From Bacilli bacterium (GTDB taxonomy: Bacteria > Bacillota_I > Bacilli_A > RF39 > UBA660): a stretch of DNA of 64,000 bases. The notes under the pieces are model-generated. The model did no database searches, was not told the DNA's origin, and was given only the letters and a program-made list of their open reading frames with translations. Made by a program: the position numbers and the translations under genes. Location: assembly GCA_017553685.1 (NCBI GenBank), contig JAFZKH010000007.1, positions 92,656-156,655 on the forward strand, in the 5' to 3' direction. Below, piece by piece: positions 61,180 to 64,000 of the stretch; within the stretch, counting starts at the first letter, position 1, and the number at the start of each line of letters is the position of its first letter.

Positions 61180-61998
61180 TTATTCTTTTAATTTCTTGGT
61201 ATCTTTTTCAAATTCTTTTAAACTTCTGTCTGGTGTTGGTAAATCCTCTGGCATGGTCCCGCCTAATCTTTTAATGCTATTTCTTACTTCCTTACCGACT
61301 TCATAATGAACAGAATTTGCAGTATATTCATTATCTACATTATCTCTTTTTAATTTAGCATCTGTTTGAGCTATTCTAAATATATTATCTGCCAGTTCTT
61401 CACTACCCATATTATCTAATATATCTTCTCTATATCTTAGTTTCTTTCTTTTAAAAATATCATCAGCTGTTTCACCATTGTATAATCCTTTATATCCAGC
61501 ATTATGAAATCTTGCTAGGTCCTTTACACCACTTTTAACTGCCGTTTGATTTAAATTATAATTACCTTTTCTTGCTTGATTTCTTCTATATAATCTTTTT
61601 TCATCTTCTGTTAGATTATTATATTCTAATCCAGTTAATTCTTGTTTTCTTGTTTGAATAGCAAAATAAGTTTGGGCTAGTGCTATAACTTTCTTTCTTG
61701 AATCTCCATTTTGTGCAATTAAATAGCAAGCATAACGAGAAAGCTTATAGTCATCCACTTTCTTAGTTGTGACTCCGGCTTTCACGATTTTGCCAACGTT
61801 GGCAAAATGGTCAAAAGCATTGATATCACTGTTATTACACGATATTATTGCTCTTTCAACAGTTTCATTAAATCTTCTCCATTGAGTATATTTAAAAACA
61901 ACTTGTAACTCTCTTGCTAACCAATATTCATTACCTTCTTCATCTATATGTTTTATGTCTTCAAATATTTTATTTGTATATTCTTTTATTTCATTCAT
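61180..61998 (-). CDS. dinD: DNA damage-inducible protein D (BRO-N domain)
   Basis: EYWLARELQ, LSRYACYLIAQNGD, AQTYFA.QTR.QE, GY.GLY.G, GGTMPEDLPTP. Confidence 0.9.
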   Translation of the reverse strand: MNEIKEYTNKIFEDIKHIDEEGNEYWLARELQVVFKYTQWRRFNETVERAIISCNNSDINAFDHFANVGKIVKAGVTTKKVDDYKLSRYACYLIAQNGDSRKKVIALAQTYFAIQTRKQELTGLEYNNLTEDEKRLYRRNQARKGNYNLNQTAVKSGVKDLARFHNAGYKGLYNGETADDIFKRKKLRYREDILDNMGSEELADNIFRIAQTDAKLKRDNVDNEYTANSVHYEVGKEVRNSIKRLGGTMPEDLPTPDRSLKEFEKDTKKLKE

Positions 61999-62014
61999 TC
62001 TATCATTTTCCTTT

Positions 62015-64000
62015 CTATGGACTACATGTTTCAATCTTTAATTTATTATTTTTAATCTTAAACATAATACTTCCATCTCGATCTGTTCTATAGATTATTG
62101 AATTATCTAAATTATTTAATACTTCTTTATTAGGATGACCATAACGATTATTCTTTCCAACACTAATAACACTATATCTAGGATTCATTTCATTAATAAA
62201 TGATTCACTACTACTTGTCTTTGATCCATGATGTCCTACTTTTAACACATCTATATCACTTATATTATATTTATCTAAAATATCTTTTTCTTTCTCTTTT
62301 CCAGCATCTCCCATAAACATGAATTTATAACCATTTATTTCAGTATAAATAACATTACTGTTATCATTTTCATTATCATATTCTTTGGTTTGTAAAAAAT
62401 ATAATTTGTTATTATCTATATTTAATTCTTTAATACAAGAATAATAAGGTATCTTCTTTTTATTTAGAACTTTTATAAGTTCTTGTTCTAAATCATTAAA
62501 CTCTCCACAATTGAATATTACTTTTTCTACTTTAAAGTTATTTACAAGATTGATTGCTTCCCACATATGATCGTAGTCGCCATGAGTTAAGATTAAATAA
62601 TCTATTTTCTTTACACCAACACTTCTTGAAAAAGGGATAATTAAATCATTAGATAATGAATATTCATGGTTTTTTCTTTTCCAATCCTCAGAATAACTAT
62701 ATTTTCCTCCAGTATCTATTAAATAGTTTTTATTATTAATTCTTATTAAACTTGAATCTCCTTGACCAACATCTAAAAAATACACTCTAGGAGTAATTAC
62801 ATACATGTTATTTAAATAAAATACTGGAATTAGTATAATTATACCTACAATAAATTTCCTATTCTTTATAGCTAAAAAAAGTATTAAATAATAGATAATT
62901 ATAAATAATATATTTAATTTAGAAAAAGATAATGTAAAAATACTTATTTCATTCATTTTAAGCATTATTTTATCAATAAAATTAGTTATATAGTAGAAAT
63001 ATTCATCTAAAAAATTAAATATAAATACAAGGCATGAAAACGGAAATATTATATAACTAATTATAGGTATAAAAATTATATTCATTATTAAAGAAATAAA
63101 ATTGATTTTAAAATAATTATTAATTAATATTGGAATAGAATAAAAGAACGCTACTAAAGATGTATATTTAGTTTTTGAATAATATAATCCAAAAGATATA
63201 ACAAACGAAAATATAAAAGCTATATTATAAATGTAAAATGGATTAATAATTAATAATATAAGCATAATTATTAATAATAATTTTTCATTTGATATATCTA
63301 ATTTATATTTAGTTTTAATATTTTTAAGTAAAAACATTAAAAAGCATCTTACTATAGAAATAGAAAAGTTTAATAAAAACATATATAAAAGTAAAAAGAT
63401 ATATATAAATATCTTTTTTATTTTTAATTTATTTAAAAGCATAATTATATAAGTTATATGCATACCAGATATACATATTAAATGAACTAAACCTAAATTC
63501 TTATAAGATGAATATAGATTGTCTTCTAAAAAGTTTTTATTAGATAAAAGAAATACATATAAGTATTTCTTTGAATGATATTTTTCTATTCTTTTTACCA
63601 TTAAATTTTTAATAGTAAAAAGTATATTATTATTTCTTTTTATTAGTTTAATATTAGATGCATTAAACTGATAATATATCTTCTTACTATATAAATATTT
63701 TTTATAATTAAACATATTAAAGTTAGTATTCTCACTTATTGAAGTATACTCTCCTTTTAACTTAATATGATCTCCATATTCAAGATTATAACTATTCTTT
63801 TCTTTTTCAGTTTTAAAGTAATAATTAACTACTACTCTCTTTCTTGATTTAATTTTTAATGTTAATTTATTACCATCTATTTTATAGTCATATATATAAC
63901 CAGTAATACTTGTATCATTTAACTCTTTAGGATTAAATAATAATATAAATAGTGAACAATAAATGATAGTTATTAATAAAAATAATATTAAAAATCTATT
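62015..64000 (-). CDS. comEC: DNA internalization competence protein ComEC/Rec2, 5' partial
   Basis: HLICISGMH, DVGQGD, IDTGG, THGDYDH, GHHGS, YGHP; frame stays open from 63715 to the window end. Confidence 0.93.
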   Translation of the reverse strand, partial: NRFLILFLLITIIYCSLFILLFNPKELNDTSITGYIYDYKIDGNKLTLKIKSRKRVVVNYYFKTEKEKNSYNLEYGDHIKLKGEYTSISENTNFNMFNYKKYLYSKKIYYQFNASNIKLIKRNNNILFTIKNLMVKRIEKYHSKKYLYVFLLSNKNFLEDNLYSSYKNLGLVHLICISGMHITYIIMLLNKLKIKKIFIYIFLLLYMFLLNFSISIVRCFLMFLLKNIKTKYKLDISNEKLLLIIMLILLIINPFYIYNIAFIFSFVISFGLYYSKTKYTSLVAFFYSIPILINNYFKINFISLIMNIIFIPIISYIIFPFSCLVFIFNFLDEYFYYITNFIDKIMLKMNEISIFTLSFSKLNILFIIIYYLILFLAIKNRKFIVGIIILIPVFYLNNMYVITPRVYFLDVGQGDSSLIRINNKNYLIDTGGKYSYSEDWKRKNHEYSLSNDLIIPFSRSVGVKKIDYLILTHGDYDHMWEAINLVNNFKVEKVIFNCGEFNDLEQELIKVLNKKKIPYYSCIKELNIDNNKLYFLQTKEYDNENDNSNVIYTEINGYKFMFMGDAGKEKEKDILDKYNISDIDVLKVGHHGSKTSSSESFINEMNPRYSVISVGKNNRYGHPNKEVLNNLDNSIIYRTDRDGSIMFKIKNNKLKIETCSP

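Noticed and set aside
1..64000. CRISPR array, tRNA/rRNA genes, IS elements or prophage
   Set aside because: No regularly spaced repeats, tRNA/rRNA signatures, transposases or phage structural genes recognised by eye

Overview
Very AT-rich chromosomal segment of a reduced-genome Bacillota (Bacilli) organism; gene content and order (tig-lon with no clpP/clpX between, PFOR plus ackA, many orphans) resemble RF39/Mollicutes-like lineages (inference). Housekeeping backbone: U32 peptidases, two ABC-permease fusions, greA, tig, lon, valS (with Val T-box), proS, radC, thyA, mnmA, phosphomutase, xerD, rarA, tcdA, hisS, ackA, PFOR, typA, yneF, tkt, lexA, comEC. Non-coding RNAs: a 6S RNA and a shortened OLE RNA with its partner gene oapA. 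About 20 accessory or orphan genes interrupt the backbone, mostly one or two at a time. Several are bracketed by near-identical copies of the local terminator/promoter/RBS module, and one such module is present empty, which suggests a terminator-targeted single-gene cassette mechanism. Other oddities: a comEC 3'-end duplication enclosing cargo genes, a degenerate transketolase, an oversized ThyA, an unannotated SosA/YneA-like small ORF, and effector-like orphans sharing a basic C-terminal motif. All family calls come from motif recognition by eye, not from database searches.
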